IMG/VR virus record: IMGVR_UViG_3300047299_000128
Span: 10,741 to 74,740 of that record
DNA length: 64,000 bases
Strand: one strand, 5' to 3'
From: a virus
Positions 48,495 through 58,492 of the stretch are shown here, one piece after another. The first letter of the stretch is position 1; each line of letters opens with the position of its first letter. The notes beneath the pieces were generated by a model that saw only the letters and a program-made list of their open reading frames with translations, did not search any database and had not been told where the DNA came from. A program made the position numbers and the translations under genes.

Positions 48495-49277
48495 ATGAGC
48501 GACACATTTACATTTTTAAGCTATCCGCAACGAAGTACACTAGTTTATGCGACGGGCTACAGTAGGACAAAGAACATGCCATTTAATACCACACGAAAAA
48601 CAATTTACAAGGGCGTAGACAGTACTCTTGGTTTTGACATTAAGAATCAAGATAGAAAATCTATTAACTTATTAGACAAAGATGTTATGATTAACATCAT
48701 GCGAGTAAAGTCAGGAGAGTTAGTAGTACAACGCCGCGCAACTAAAGTACAACCGGAATCTGGATTTTGCGAAGTTACTATTTTTGGTAGTGATATATCG
48801 GATTTGGACCCAGGCTTGTATCAATTAAGCGCAGTTATATATGGGTCAGACGGTATTGCAGAAAGTTTATTTACTGATCATAATCGTCGTGCTGCTATGG
48901 AATTAGAAATATGTGATGGCGCGTATCCTAAATTTATTCCTAGTATCGATTTAACATTTTACCAACAAGGAAATGCTTGGCTGAGTCAACCAATTGCAAG
49001 TAACTTACAAAAGAATGGCGCCAATTTTCATACCATTCAATTGACTGTTACTAATTTTACAGGCATCGTCGAAGCGTTTATCAGTTTGGAATACGACAGC
49101 ATCAACGGAATGTATTTTGCCAAGAAGTTTATCGATGACAGTATGCAGATAACATTTAACAATACCACCGGAACTCAAGGTTGGAATTTTATCGGTGATG
49201 CACGTTGGGTAAAGATAAAATATACTCCGGATCCTTCGAACACTGGAACCGTTGACAAAGTTAGTTACAGAAGTTAA
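48495..49277 (+). CDS. Virion structural protein (beta-rich)
   Basis: Late promoter; IYKGVD..LGFDIKNQDRK; start revised to 48495. Confidence 0.55.
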   Translation: MSDTFTFLSYPQRSTLVYATGYSRTKNMPFNTTRKTIYKGVDSTLGFDIKNQDRKSINLLDKDVMINIMRVKSGELVVQRRATKVQPESGFCEVTIFGSDISDLDPGLYQLSAVIYGSDGIAESLFTDHNRRAAMELEICDGAYPKFIPSIDLTFYQQGNAWLSQPIASNLQKNGANFHTIQLTVTNFTGIVEAFISLEYDSINGMYFAKKFIDDSMQITFNNTTGTQGWNFIGDARWVKIKYTPDPSNTGTVDKVSYRS

Positions 49278-49288
49278 AATAACAAGGC

Positions 49289-50260
49289 ATGACAGCCTTA
49301 CAAACAATTTTACGCAGCAGGATAACAGGCAAACCTAGCCCTAAAGGCTGGGTTAGCTTTAACTGTCCTATGTGCATACAAAACGGGCAAAGTAGAAACG
49401 ACACCAAACGCCGTGGCGGCTTATTGTTTAATCCAGACGGTGCAGTTAGCTATCATTGCTTTAACTGTGATTACAAAACAAGCTGGAGCCCTGGAAGAAC
49501 TCTTAGCTTTAAGATGATGAAGTTGCTCAAGCAACTGGGATTCGAAGAAGCAGAAGTGCAACGATTACGTCTCGAGTTACTAAGCCAAGCAGACGTTGAG
49601 AATTTAATACAACGAGAACCCGAGCCAGCCTGGACACCTAACTGGGCTGAGTTTAACTTTACTTTCCCCATACAAGAATTATCGGACCCTGCAAAGATAG
49701 CATATCTCGAGGATAGACAAATATATGATTTATCCGTATGGTTAGAGACTAGTGCTACATTTTCCGGATTAAACAATCGTGTTATATTACCTCTAACTTA
49801 TGACAATAAAATCGTTGGCTTTCAAAGTAGGTATGTTGGACAAGTACCCGATAAATTAGCCAAATACTATAAACGTGCTCCGGCAGATTATGTATTTGGT
49901 CTAGACAGACAGCGCGACAGTAGACAATATGTTATTGTTACCGAAGGAGAATTTGATGCGTTACTAACAAACGGTTTATCTTTGGGTAGTAACAATTTGA
50001 GCGATAGACAAATACAGTTGATAGAAGATTTAAATATAGAACCTATATTGTTACCTGATGCAGATTCATCAGGTAAAGATTTAGTAGAACGTGCAGCAGA
50101 TTTTGGCTGGAGTGTTAGTTTCCCAGAATGGGAAGGCTGCAAAGACGTCGGCGATGCAGTTAAAAAGTATGGAAGATTATTTGCGGTATACAGCATATTG
50201 CAAGCGGCGGAACATAGTCCGACGAAAATTAGATTAATGGGAAAGAGGTATTGTAAGTGA
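49289..50260 (+). CDS. DnaG-type DNA primase
   Basis: CPMC...HCFNC zinc ribbon; TOPRIM VTEGEFDA and LPDAD; KDVGD; promoter TTGACA-17-TAAAAT at 49252. Confidence 0.85.
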   Translation: MTALQTILRSRITGKPSPKGWVSFNCPMCIQNGQSRNDTKRRGGLLFNPDGAVSYHCFNCDYKTSWSPGRTLSFKMMKLLKQLGFEEAEVQRLRLELLSQADVENLIQREPEPAWTPNWAEFNFTFPIQELSDPAKIAYLEDRQIYDLSVWLETSATFSGLNNRVILPLTYDNKIVGFQSRYVGQVPDKLAKYYKRAPADYVFGLDRQRDSRQYVIVTEGEFDALLTNGLSLGSNNLSDRQIQLIEDLNIEPILLPDADSSGKDLVERAADFGWSVSFPEWEGCKDVGDAVKKYGRLFAVYSILQAAEHSPTKIRLMGKRYCK

Positions 50261-51768
50261 GTGAAGAAGCAAAAGAATATACTACAGATTTACAAAAATT
50301 ATTTTTAGAGTTTTTGGTTAGTGACAGAGAGTTGTTGAGCCGTTGCCAAAACGTATTAGACGACTCTTACTTTTCTCGAGGTTTACAAGAAACAGCCAAG
50401 TTTATTAAAGACTATGCTAACAAGTACAGCGATTGTCCTACGCTTGAGCAAATTTCCGCAGTAACAGGAACAGAGCTTAGGTCTGTTCCGGGAGAAGCTA
50501 GTAGCCATAAGGAATGGTTCTTAACAGAATTCGAACAGTTCGCCCGCCATAAAGCATTAGAAAAGGCTATTCTTAAAAGTGCAGACTTGTTAGATAAACA
50601 GCGGTATGGCGAAGTCGAGCGACTAATTAAAGATGCTAGTAGTATTGGTTTGCCCAAGAGTTTCGGTACAGATTATTACGCAGATCCTAGAGCACGTTTG
50701 TTAGAACTTAAAAACAAAAACGGCGGAACAAGTACAGGCTGGAAAGCAGTTGATGCTGCATTATATGGCGGCTTCAACAGAGGAGAGCTTAACATTTTTG
50801 CAGGCGGCTCTGGCGCAGGAAAGTCATTGTTCTTACAAAACTTAGCACTCAACTGGAGTTACTTGGGACTAAACGGTGTTTACTTTAGCTTAGAACTATC
50901 TGAGGGCTTGTGCTCGAAGCGTATGGACTCTATGGTAACTGGCGTCGAAGCTAAAGAAATTTATAGAAACTTAGATGAGGTGGTAGACAAGGTTCTTATT
51001 AAAGGTAAAACGGCAGGTAAAATCCAGCTAGTGCAGCTAACGGCGGGTGTAAATGTAAACGACTTAAAAAGTTGGCTTAAAGAATTTCAAATACAAACAG
51101 GCAAGCCAATTGACTTTGTTGTAGTTGACTATTTGGATTTGATGATGCCAGCAGGGCAAAAGATCAGCGTAGCAGATTTGTTTATTAAAGATAAGTTAGT
51201 ATCAGAAGAACTGCGAGCCATGGCAGTGCAAGGGCAGTACTTGTTTTGTACAGCTAGTCAGTTAAACCGAGGAGCTGTAGAAAGTGTCGAATTTGATCAT
51301 AGTCATATCTCGGGTGGCTTGTCTAAGATTCAAACAGCAGATAACGTTATTGGTATCTTTAACAGTATCACCATGCGAGAACGTCAACGTGTTCAAATTC
51401 AGTTTATGAAGACACGTAGTTCTAGTGCTGTGGGTACTAAAGTAGAATTGTTCTTTGATACTAACAGTTTGCGTATTTCGGACTTAGAAGAAGACTCGCC
51501 GACTGCTCCTAGTACAGTTGATGTGTTGCACGACAAACTAAAACGTAAAGCAGAAATGGATGGAAAGCCATCCTGGGAACGTGAAGCAGGGACAGCAGTA
51601 TGGAAAAAGCCGCAAGCCAGAGAAGGATTTGAATTAGGAAAGGCCGCTGGGCCATTAGACGTGTTGTCTGCCCCATGGGCGAATCAAGGAGACAAAAAAG
51701 AGAGTCCAGCGATTAGAACGATGGACTCTCCGAATAGTAAATTAGCTAATTTGTTAAAGAAATCTTAA
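50257..51768 (+). CDS. gp41: Replicative DnaB-like helicase (T4 gp41-like)
   Basis: GGSGAGKS; SLELSE; VVDYLDL; TASQLNR; KTR. Confidence 0.92.
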   Translation: MSEEAKEYTTDLQKLFLEFLVSDRELLSRCQNVLDDSYFSRGLQETAKFIKDYANKYSDCPTLEQISAVTGTELRSVPGEASSHKEWFLTEFEQFARHKALEKAILKSADLLDKQRYGEVERLIKDASSIGLPKSFGTDYYADPRARLLELKNKNGGTSTGWKAVDAALYGGFNRGELNIFAGGSGAGKSLFLQNLALNWSYLGLNGVYFSLELSEGLCSKRMDSMVTGVEAKEIYRNLDEVVDKVLIKGKTAGKIQLVQLTAGVNVNDLKSWLKEFQIQTGKPIDFVVVDYLDLMMPAGQKISVADLFIKDKLVSEELRAMAVQGQYLFCTASQLNRGAVESVEFDHSHISGGLSKIQTADNVIGIFNSITMRERQRVQIQFMKTRSSSAVGTKVELFFDTNSLRISDLEEDSPTAPSTVDVLHDKLKRKAEMDGKPSWEREAGTAVWKKPQAREGFELGKAAGPLDVLSAPWANQGDKKESPAIRTMDSPNSKLANLLKKS

Positions 51769-52241
51769 GATTTCAAATCGCGCATTGCAGTAGGTTGTTG
51801 CGGGGCAGAAGTTGCAGTTGCCGGAGCACCTACTTCAGGTCCGCTTGTACCGCCAGTTACAGGATTTGTAGCAGCAGCTTTAGAGTCTCTTGCTAAATCT
51901 CCTTTTAATCGTTGAAATAATGCGTTATCTTCTGCAACATAACTTAAAACGGTTTCTAACAGGTCCATAAGGGCAGTCATTTGTTGTAAGTTAGGACGAC
52001 GATTCATATACAGCGCACGAACACCTGCTCTTAGTGCGTTAAAATGTTCTTCGGCGACAGCGTCTTTGATAGCGCTTAATCGTTGCATAGTTCTAGTAAA
52101 ACTAGCGTTGTCGATCTCATTTCCGCCCTTTTCCATACCAGGATCGTGATGAGGTGTAGATTGATGATCTTCTGGACCAGCTTCAACAATACTTCTTAGT
52201 TTGTTCATTACTGTGCCCATATCGAAATTAGTACTTTGCAT
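51765..52241 (-). CDS. Hypothetical late protein
   Basis: GGAG RBS before ATG 52241; minus-strand GATAAATA. Confidence 0.65.
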   Translation of the reverse strand: MQSTNFDMGTVMNKLRSIVEAGPEDHQSTPHHDPGMEKGGNEIDNASFTRTMQRLSAIKDAVAEEHFNALRAGVRALYMNRRPNLQQMTALMDLLETVLSYVAEDNALFQRLKGDLARDSKAAATNPVTGGTSGPEVGAPATATSAPQQPTAMRDLKS

Positions 52242-52262
52242 AATATGCTCCAATGTTATCTT

Positions 52263-52282
52263 TATTTATCTTAAGATAAATA
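52263..52282. promoter_or_regulatory. Back-to-back late promoters forming a perfect 20-bp palindrome
   Basis: TATTTATCTTAAGATAAATA between divergent genes. Confidence 0.75.
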
Positions 52283-52300
52283 CTTTACAAGGAATTAACT

Positions 52301-52561
52301 GTGCGAAAGCAAACTAGATCACTTTTAGAAGAAATAACAAACATTGTCCCCCAACGAGACCGTGAGAGCTTTGTCGAAAATAAAGCCATAAACGTTATAG
52401 CCAGTACCAAATATTTGGTTGAATATATACAAGAAAACTTCACCCAAGACGAAAGCGACGATTTACTTAAACGGTTATTTAACAGCTTAAAAACCGGCGA
52501 CGAAATGAAATTTCGCAGGGGAATAAAACAAATTAAAGAAGCAAAACATGGAACAATTTGA
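52301..52561 (+). CDS. Hypothetical late protein
   Basis: AAGGA RBS; GTG start. Confidence 0.65.
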   Translation: MRKQTRSLLEEITNIVPQRDRESFVENKAINVIASTKYLVEYIQENFTQDESDDLLKRLFNSLKTGDEMKFRRGIKQIKEAKHGTI

Positions 52562-53315
52562 AGACCTAACAGCATGGGACTTGATGATAGAAAGTCGACA
52601 GTACAGAAATTTAGCTAATATTAAGTCTTTGAATTTAAGAAGCGTTGGCGATTTTGCGTTCTTAGACTTATTAACGTTATTTGTCTTACATAGTGAATAT
52701 GAAACAGCTCCTATCGCTGCCCGTTATGCAGATAAAACAATTAGCTATAGAAACTTTTCTAAGCCTAGACTAAGTGGTACGGATTTATATGTTAGCATGA
52801 ACATATTAAGCGATCCTACCAGTATATTTGCACGTAGGATAGGACAGAACCCTGAAGCAGATGCTATACTAAGAACAAAATTATCTGTTAATTTGCCAAC
52901 AGTGAAGAGATATTTAGAATTATTAGCGGATAGTAAAATCACTGGCGCGGATGCTAGCGTATTACTATTACGATTAGAAAAGCAGTTAAACATAACTGAT
53001 AGCAAACTTAAAAGTCTACGCAGACTAATACAAGACTGGCCTGCGCTGACAACTATGCAACGTAGTCTTGCAGTGTCGAAGATGCTACAGTTTTATAAGA
53101 GATTCGCTAAACGTAGTGAATTATTTGTTTTCCTAGAAGACATGGGAAAAACAAAAGGATACGAACTTCGTGGTCCTATTGACGCAGAACTTGCAAACTT
53201 AGGTTTAGGGACAACTCCGAAGCCAGGATTTTTAGCAAGTGTTGCGCCAGCGGCAGCATTATTTGGCGGATATCACCTCGGTAAACGCTTATTTGCGCCT
53301 AAAGAAGATAAATAA
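52548..53315 (+). CDS. Hypothetical protein
   Basis: 255-aa ORF. Confidence 0.7.
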   Translation: MEQFEDLTAWDLMIESRQYRNLANIKSLNLRSVGDFAFLDLLTLFVLHSEYETAPIAARYADKTISYRNFSKPRLSGTDLYVSMNILSDPTSIFARRIGQNPEADAILRTKLSVNLPTVKRYLELLADSKITGADASVLLLRLEKQLNITDSKLKSLRRLIQDWPALTTMQRSLAVSKMLQFYKRFAKRSELFVFLEDMGKTKGYELRGPIDAELANLGLGTTPKPGFLASVAPAAALFGGYHLGKRLFAPKEDK

Positions 53316-53357
53316 AAGTAAGAAACAAACGTTTCGAAAGATCAAAGGAGTCATATT

Positions 53358-53669
53358 ATGGCAAGAGTAAATGGTGGAATTCAAGCTGGCGGTTTCGGTA
53401 CAGCTACATTAAAGATGTTTACAATCACTCCAGGTGCAGACCTAAGTGGTGAAGTTGGCGCTGCTAACACAGCTTTAGAAGCAGTTGTTCAAACTGTTCA
53501 AATCAAAGCAACAACATTCTTAATCGGCGCTATCGGCGCAACAGACATTCGTGTGGCTTGCGAGCCGAGCGCATGGACAGCTGGTGATTTAGAAGCTGCT
53601 ATCCAAGCATTAGGTACCGTTAACGGTAAAGACCTAAGCGGTGCTAGCGTTGCTGATTTCGTATTCTAA
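53358..53669 (+). CDS. Probable abundant virion protein
   Basis: AAGGAG RBS; own late promoter (53307) and terminator; codon bias like the fibre and sheath genes. Confidence 0.65.
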   Translation: MARVNGGIQAGGFGTATLKMFTITPGADLSGEVGAANTALEAVVQTVQIKATTFLIGAIGATDIRVACEPSAWTAGDLEAAIQALGTVNGKDLSGASVADFVF

Positions 53670-53689
53670 TTAACCGAACACGGGATGGG

Positions 53690-53726
53690 AAGCCGCTGCG
53701 ACATTTTGTCCAGCGGTTTTTCTTTT
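53690..53726 (+). terminator. Rho-independent terminator
   Basis: AAGCCGCTG-c-GACA-ttt-TGTC-CAGCGGTTT followed by T-rich sequence. Confidence 0.75.
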
Positions 53727-53755
53727 GATAATAAATACTATAAAGGAATTTAATT

Positions 53756-54199
53756 ATGCAAGCAACAGCACGAACAGGCGAATATATTGGCGGGAACATT
53801 GAGTATTTTACCTGCTATACATTGGCCGACATTACAGATACAGGGGTCTTTGATCCTGTAGCAGGCACAGCTTACGAGCAAGCCCAAAACTTAAATGCAT
53901 TATTGCAAGCAATTAGTTTAGGTAGTCAACCTATTCTCACCAGTGTGGAAAAACTAACAGCAGCTGATTTAGCTGATTTTGATTTTGGTAGTGATTTTAC
54001 CGGCAATCATAATGTTTGGATTTTACGCTTTGCAAGCGAACGTGCAGGCACTATTACAGTAGAATCTTTAGTTAGAGACATCGCAGGCTTGCCTGTTTAC
54101 GACGACTTAGAAGAAACTGCAACGTTTGACAGCAACGTGTTTGAAACAACAGACGCCGCCCAAACAAACGTATACTTTGTTAGAAACGACAATCTATGA
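53756..54199 (+). CDS. Probable virion protein
   Basis: Late promoter at 53730; AAGGA RBS. Confidence 0.65.
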   Translation: MQATARTGEYIGGNIEYFTCYTLADITDTGVFDPVAGTAYEQAQNLNALLQAISLGSQPILTSVEKLTAADLADFDFGSDFTGNHNVWILRFASERAGTITVESLVRDIAGLPVYDDLEETATFDSNVFETTDAAQTNVYFVRNDNL

Positions 54200-54295
54200 A
54201 GTTAGATAAATACATCAAAACTTCGGCAACAATATTTGGCTCAACAATAGGTCCCGCAATAAAAACAACAACATTTAATTTAAGGAGGTATTGTT

Positions 54296-54592
54296 GTGTC
54301 TGATTATGTTCATGATATAGAAAAATCGAGCTTAGATGCTCACGTTACACTTTGTTCGGAAAGGTATAGAAGGTTGGAAGACAAATTTGCAGTTTTAGAA
54401 GTTCGTCTCGAAAAATTAAGCGACGAAGTAAGTGCTATGAAAACAAAGCAACAAGAGGACATGGAAGAAATTAAAACGCTTATACAGCAAGGTAGCGATA
54501 ATAGATTTAAGGCCATTGTTGCAGGTAGCGCTACAATCGTTGCGGCTTTGATTAGTGCATTAGCTTACGTTATTAGCAGATTACCAACTTAA
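54296..54592 (+). CDS. Coiled-coil protein with a C-terminal transmembrane helix
   Basis: AAGGAGG RBS; LDAHVTLCSERY; hydrophobic AIVAGSATIVAALISALAYVI. Confidence 0.65.
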   Translation: MSDYVHDIEKSSLDAHVTLCSERYRRLEDKFAVLEVRLEKLSDEVSAMKTKQQEDMEEIKTLIQQGSDNRFKAIVAGSATIVAALISALAYVISRLPT

Positions 54593-54594
54593 AT

Positions 54595-54894
54595 ATGAAT
54601 GAAGAATTAGAAATCATCGGCGAGGATATTGTCACTGAAGCCAAGCGTGTATGGGCTAAACGTGGTAAAAAGCTCAAACGAATGATTCGTTGCACTAGCG
54701 GAAAGAAAAAAGGTCGCACGGTTTCTAGCATGGGTGCATGTAGCAAAGCGATTAACGTTAAGAAAAGATTTATGATGAAGCGTATTCGTAAACGTTTCAA
54801 TTCTAAGATAGTTAGAAAAGCAAAGAGAACAAAGATGTTTAACCCGCTAAGTAAAAGATTAAAGAGCTTAAACAAGTCAACAAATAAAAGGTAA
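54595..54894 (+). CDS. Highly basic protein, possible prohead core protein (gp68-like)
   Basis: Acidic N-terminus ending IVTE, then a K/R-rich body. Confidence 0.5.
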   Translation: MNEELEIIGEDIVTEAKRVWAKRGKKLKRMIRCTSGKKKGRTVSSMGACSKAINVKKRFMMKRIRKRFNSKIVRKAKRTKMFNPLSKRLKSLNKSTNKR

Positions 54895-54897
54895 TAT

Positions 54898-55332
54898 ATG
54901 GCAGACGATCGTAGTTTAAAAGATGTAATTAGGTTTGTAGATCCTAGCGGAGAAATGTCCGATGCAGACATAGCTACTATCAGTAGCAAATTAAAATTTA
55001 CAGAAGTATTAGATATTATTACAGCAGTAGGCAAAGATGATTTATCTAGTGCAAGAAGCATATTGTCAAAATACGACAGTCGATTTTCTAGTGCAGATTC
55101 TGCAGAAGAAGGTATTACAAACGAATATAGTAATGTTCCTGCAACAGCCAAACCTAACGGGTTTAAACCAATAAAACCAATCGGTTCTACTCCTTCTATT
55201 GCAGGCAACCCAACTAACCCAAATGGACAACAAGATGCCGAAGGTGCAGATGATTTACTAAACGATCCTGCTAATAAAAATCGCCCTGAAGTTAAACAAA
55301 TTCAAAGTTTGCTACAAAGGATGAAACGATGA
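54898..55332 (+). CDS. Hypothetical protein
   Basis: 144-aa ORF in the late operon. Confidence 0.65.
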   Translation: MADDRSLKDVIRFVDPSGEMSDADIATISSKLKFTEVLDIITAVGKDDLSSARSILSKYDSRFSSADSAEEGITNEYSNVPATAKPNGFKPIKPIGSTPSIAGNPTNPNGQQDAEGADDLLNDPANKNRPEVKQIQSLLQRMKR

Positions 55333-55721
55333 AAGTAAACGATATTATCGTTGAAGGTTATCATGGTTTTATCGGCAAAGCTAAAGACTTAGGCTCTACT
55401 CGCGGAGAAGTCGATGCAGCATTGCCGAATGCACGAATCGAGCCGCAGTTGAGGAATACTGATACTTACATGCAAGGCAGATATGGACAGGCATTGGCAG
55501 CAGCCGCAGCTATGCAAGGTGATGAATTCGAGCAAGAATCAGCTTGGGCCGAAAACTTCGGTATGTTAGCATACAGCGACGAAGAAGTAGAAATTATAAA
55601 ACAAGCTGACAAGCTAATGGGTGTAAAAAGCATCGAATTGACAGGCAAAAGTAGAGAACGAACAGATGTCGGAACAACTAGTCCGGTTGCTAATACCAGC
55701 TGGAGAAAGACCGGAAAATGA
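55329..55721 (+). CDS. Hypothetical protein
   Basis: 130 aa; MKVNDIIVE N-terminus. Confidence 0.65.
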   Translation: MKVNDIIVEGYHGFIGKAKDLGSTRGEVDAALPNARIEPQLRNTDTYMQGRYGQALAAAAAMQGDEFEQESAWAENFGMLAYSDEEVEIIKQADKLMGVKSIELTGKSRERTDVGTTSPVANTSWRKTGK

Positions 55722-55933
55722 AAATAGCCGAGCTTTTTAATGGTTTGCGTTATATGCTAACTAGAGAACAAAAGGAAGTCATTGATTTGATCAAAGAGCA
55801 TAAATCAATAGACAGAGCTGAATTAAGTGAACGCCATCAAAGGCTAGCAGAACAAATGACTAGTCAAGGTATTATTGATAGAACATACAATGAAGACACA
55901 CAAGCAGTTGCCTATAAATTATACAATAGGTAA
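55718..55933 (+). CDS. Small hypothetical protein, possibly winged-helix
   Basis: 71 aa; coupled. Confidence 0.6.
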   Translation: MKIAELFNGLRYMLTREQKEVIDLIKEHKSIDRAELSERHQRLAEQMTSQGIIDRTYNEDTQAVAYKLYNR

Positions 55934-56381
55934 TGTAGATTCGGTTAAATTAACCAAAAAAGTAAGTGCCCTTATGGATACTGTAATGCCAAAAAACATT
56001 CTAGGAATGTTATTATTAGCAGAAGATAGAGAAAATTCTTTGGTATTTTACAAACGCTGGGAATTACAAATTGTAGGGAAAAACGACTATGCAGTTTTTG
56101 ATTTGTATACTAAAGAAGTAATTTACTCACATGTTTCGTTGCTAATAAGTGCCTTACACATAATTTTTAATTTAAACAAACCCAACGAATTAGCCGGAGT
56201 TGCAGATCAACATATATATTCGTTGGATCAAGAATATTATAGATGCATGGAAAACATCAAATTTTTCAAGCTAAAGTGCAAAACAAAAGATCCTGAACGT
56301 TTGATGTTATTTTCGTCAAGATTGCAGGACTGCTACTATCGTCTGGATGATATTAAAACCAGATTATCTAAAATATATTGA
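55908..56381 (+). CDS. Hypothetical protein (start uncertain)
   Basis: Open frame 55875-56381. Confidence 0.55.
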   Translation: MPINYTIGNVDSVKLTKKVSALMDTVMPKNILGMLLLAEDRENSLVFYKRWELQIVGKNDYAVFDLYTKEVIYSHVSLLISALHIIFNLNKPNELAGVADQHIYSLDQEYYRCMENIKFFKLKCKTKDPERLMLFSSRLQDCYYRLDDIKTRLSKIY

Positions 56382-56405
56382 TAAATAAAACAAAAGGATA
56401 CCTTT

Positions 56406-57101
56406 ATGAATACCTCTGAAATTTTTAACCCAACACAGCGCAAAAAGCGTGTTGTCGAAAACTTTTTAAACAGCCACTTTGGTTTAAAGCTACAAGCTCG
56501 CGGCGATGCAGTACAAGTGCAAACACTAATTAATAAATTAGTGAATGAAAACCAAATTATGGCAACTAGCGTTCGCGGCTTCGAAAAAGACGGCCGCTAT
56601 GTTAAGAACACTATGATTATCGAAGCTCTTAAGCACGTTCTTAAGGAAATCGCACCTATGAGAACTCCTCGTAGAGTTAACGAATCAAACGGTGAAAACT
56701 TAGCTCAAGCAGAATTAATCTTAGTTGCTAAGAACATGGTCGAAGAACTACAAAAGATGGCAGAAGACGTTGCACAAATGCAAACAGACGACTTAATGCC
56801 ACTAGTTGAAAAAATCAAAACTGAGTTCGGTCATGACGTTGGGCAACAATTTAACGACGCAGCAGATGCAGCTTTCACTACACTATTAGATGCCGTAAAA
56901 GCAGGCAAAGATGCACTAAGTCAAGCTCAAGGAATTTTAAGCGGCGACGCTCCTGCTATGCCAGCTGGTGCTCCTGCAGGCGATGCTACTGGTGCATTAG
57001 ATGCATTAGGTGCAGAGCAAGGATTAGGCGGTGACGAATTCGGCGGAGCCGATGCTGCAAGCGGCGAAGAAGAATTGCCAACTGGCCGTGAATTAAAATG
57101 A
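56406..57101 (+). CDS. Hypothetical late protein, helical with an acidic tail (scaffold-like)
   Basis: Late promoter at 56380; AAGGA RBS. Confidence 0.65.
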   Translation: MNTSEIFNPTQRKKRVVENFLNSHFGLKLQARGDAVQVQTLINKLVNENQIMATSVRGFEKDGRYVKNTMIIEALKHVLKEIAPMRTPRRVNESNGENLAQAELILVAKNMVEELQKMAEDVAQMQTDDLMPLVEKIKTEFGHDVGQQFNDAADAAFTTLLDAVKAGKDALSQAQGILSGDAPAMPAGAPAGDATGALDALGAEQGLGGDEFGGADAASGEEELPTGRELK

Positions 57102-57427
57102 AAATTTTTGAGCTAATTGATAGTGATATAGAAGTAATGGGCTTATTGAAGCCCATTCTCCTTCGCGCAAAAGCAGAAGGAGCAACTGAAATTCCTATGT
57201 CACAGCTTTTAAATGATATGGATAACGATGATAACATTTCTGGCGAAATGATGGTTGATATTTTTAATAGACATCGTCATGAATTAAAGGATATTGTTTC
57301 TAGTGCAACACTAGACACGATTGTTCTTAACAAAGGACCCGCCAAAACAATGACATCTAAGTTCGATCAAGAAAGCAATAAAATTAAAAGCACTGCGGTT
57401 AAGCAGGCAATGGACCAGTTAAAATGA
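57098..57427 (+). CDS. Hypothetical protein
   Basis: 109 aa; coupled. Confidence 0.65.
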   Translation: MKIFELIDSDIEVMGLLKPILLRAKAEGATEIPMSQLLNDMDNDDNISGEMMVDIFNRHRHELKDIVSSATLDTIVLNKGPAKTMTSKFDQESNKIKSTAVKQAMDQLK

Positions 57428-57765
57428 GAAATGTAATGCTGACAGCGACTGAAGCTCGTGCTAAGAGTCAAAATGATGTAATCATCTTCAATGAAATTAG
57501 ACATATCGAAGACACGATATTATCACAAGTCGCCAATGGCAATTACGATGCTGTAGTAAACGGGACATCTATGACTTCTACTGCAACAGAAGACATCGAA
57601 CGAGCTCGTGTTTATTTTAGAACTTGGCAAGGTGCGATCGACGACCGTGCCAAATATATTCAAATGGGTAAAGTTATTACATACTTTACGGATTTGGGTT
57701 ATTCAATCGAACGTAGAACAAATAGTGGCACGGGCGACACTTTTAATTGGATAGTTAGCTGGTAA
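57424..57765 (+). CDS. Hypothetical protein
   Basis: 113 aa; coupled. Confidence 0.65.
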   Translation: MRNVMLTATEARAKSQNDVIIFNEIRHIEDTILSQVANGNYDAVVNGTSMTSTATEDIERARVYFRTWQGAIDDRAKYIQMGKVITYFTDLGYSIERRTNSGTGDTFNWIVSW

Positions 57766-57809
57766 TAATACCACTAGACTTTTTGTTTTAATTCCTGTAA
57801 AATAGCTAC

Positions 57810-58472
57810 ATGCTATTCAATCCCAAATACAAATACGAATCTCTTAAACGTGTAGAATCAAACGGTAAGAGATTATACGAAACACCTGCTGGCGCAGTTG
57901 CCAGCGTCACAACAATCCTGGACACAACCAAAGACAAAACATTCTTAATGGAATGGCGAAAACGAGTGGGCGACGCCGAAGCTAATCGCATTAGTAAAGA
58001 AGCTGCTGGACTAGGAACACTAATGCATTTGCACTTAGAAAACTATGTAATCGGCAAGCCGCGCCCCGAAGGTAATAATCTAGTTCAAACTATGGCCAGA
58101 GATATGGCAGACACTATGATTAATCAAGCGTTTGTACATGTTAATGAAGTATGGGGCATCGAAGCTAGTTTATTCTATCCCGGCTTATACGCAGGCACTA
58201 GCGACATGATTGGCATATGGAATGGCAAGCCCGCTATTATCGATCATAAAACAACTAACAAGCCCAAGAAGAAAGAATGGATCGAAGATTACTTTTTACA
58301 GTGCTGTGCTTATGCGTTAGCACACAACGAAGTGCATGGTACGGATATTAGCACTTGCGCTATTAACATTATTGACAGAGAAGCAAAGCTACAAAGTTTT
58401 GTTATCGAAGGAACAGAGTTTGATCATTATTGTGAGCTTTGGACAAAAAGAGTTGATCAATTCTATAAATAA
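57810..58472 (+). CDS. PD-(D/E)xK exonuclease
   Basis: SVTTIL; GTLMH..LE; YAGTSD; IIDHKT; YFLQ..AYA; promoter TAGACT-17-TAAAAT at 57775. Confidence 0.85.
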   Translation: MLFNPKYKYESLKRVESNGKRLYETPAGAVASVTTILDTTKDKTFLMEWRKRVGDAEANRISKEAAGLGTLMHLHLENYVIGKPRPEGNNLVQTMARDMADTMINQAFVHVNEVWGIEASLFYPGLYAGTSDMIGIWNGKPAIIDHKTTNKPKKKEWIEDYFLQCCAYALAHNEVHGTDISTCAINIIDREAKLQSFVIEGTEFDHYCELWTKRVDQFYK

Positions 58473-58492
58473 CTTTTTAAGCTAGGATAAGA

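Noticed and set aside
57810-58472. Cas4 as part of a CRISPR system
   Set aside because: Stand-alone phage PD-(D/E)xK exonuclease lacking the four-Cys Fe-S motif; no array nearby
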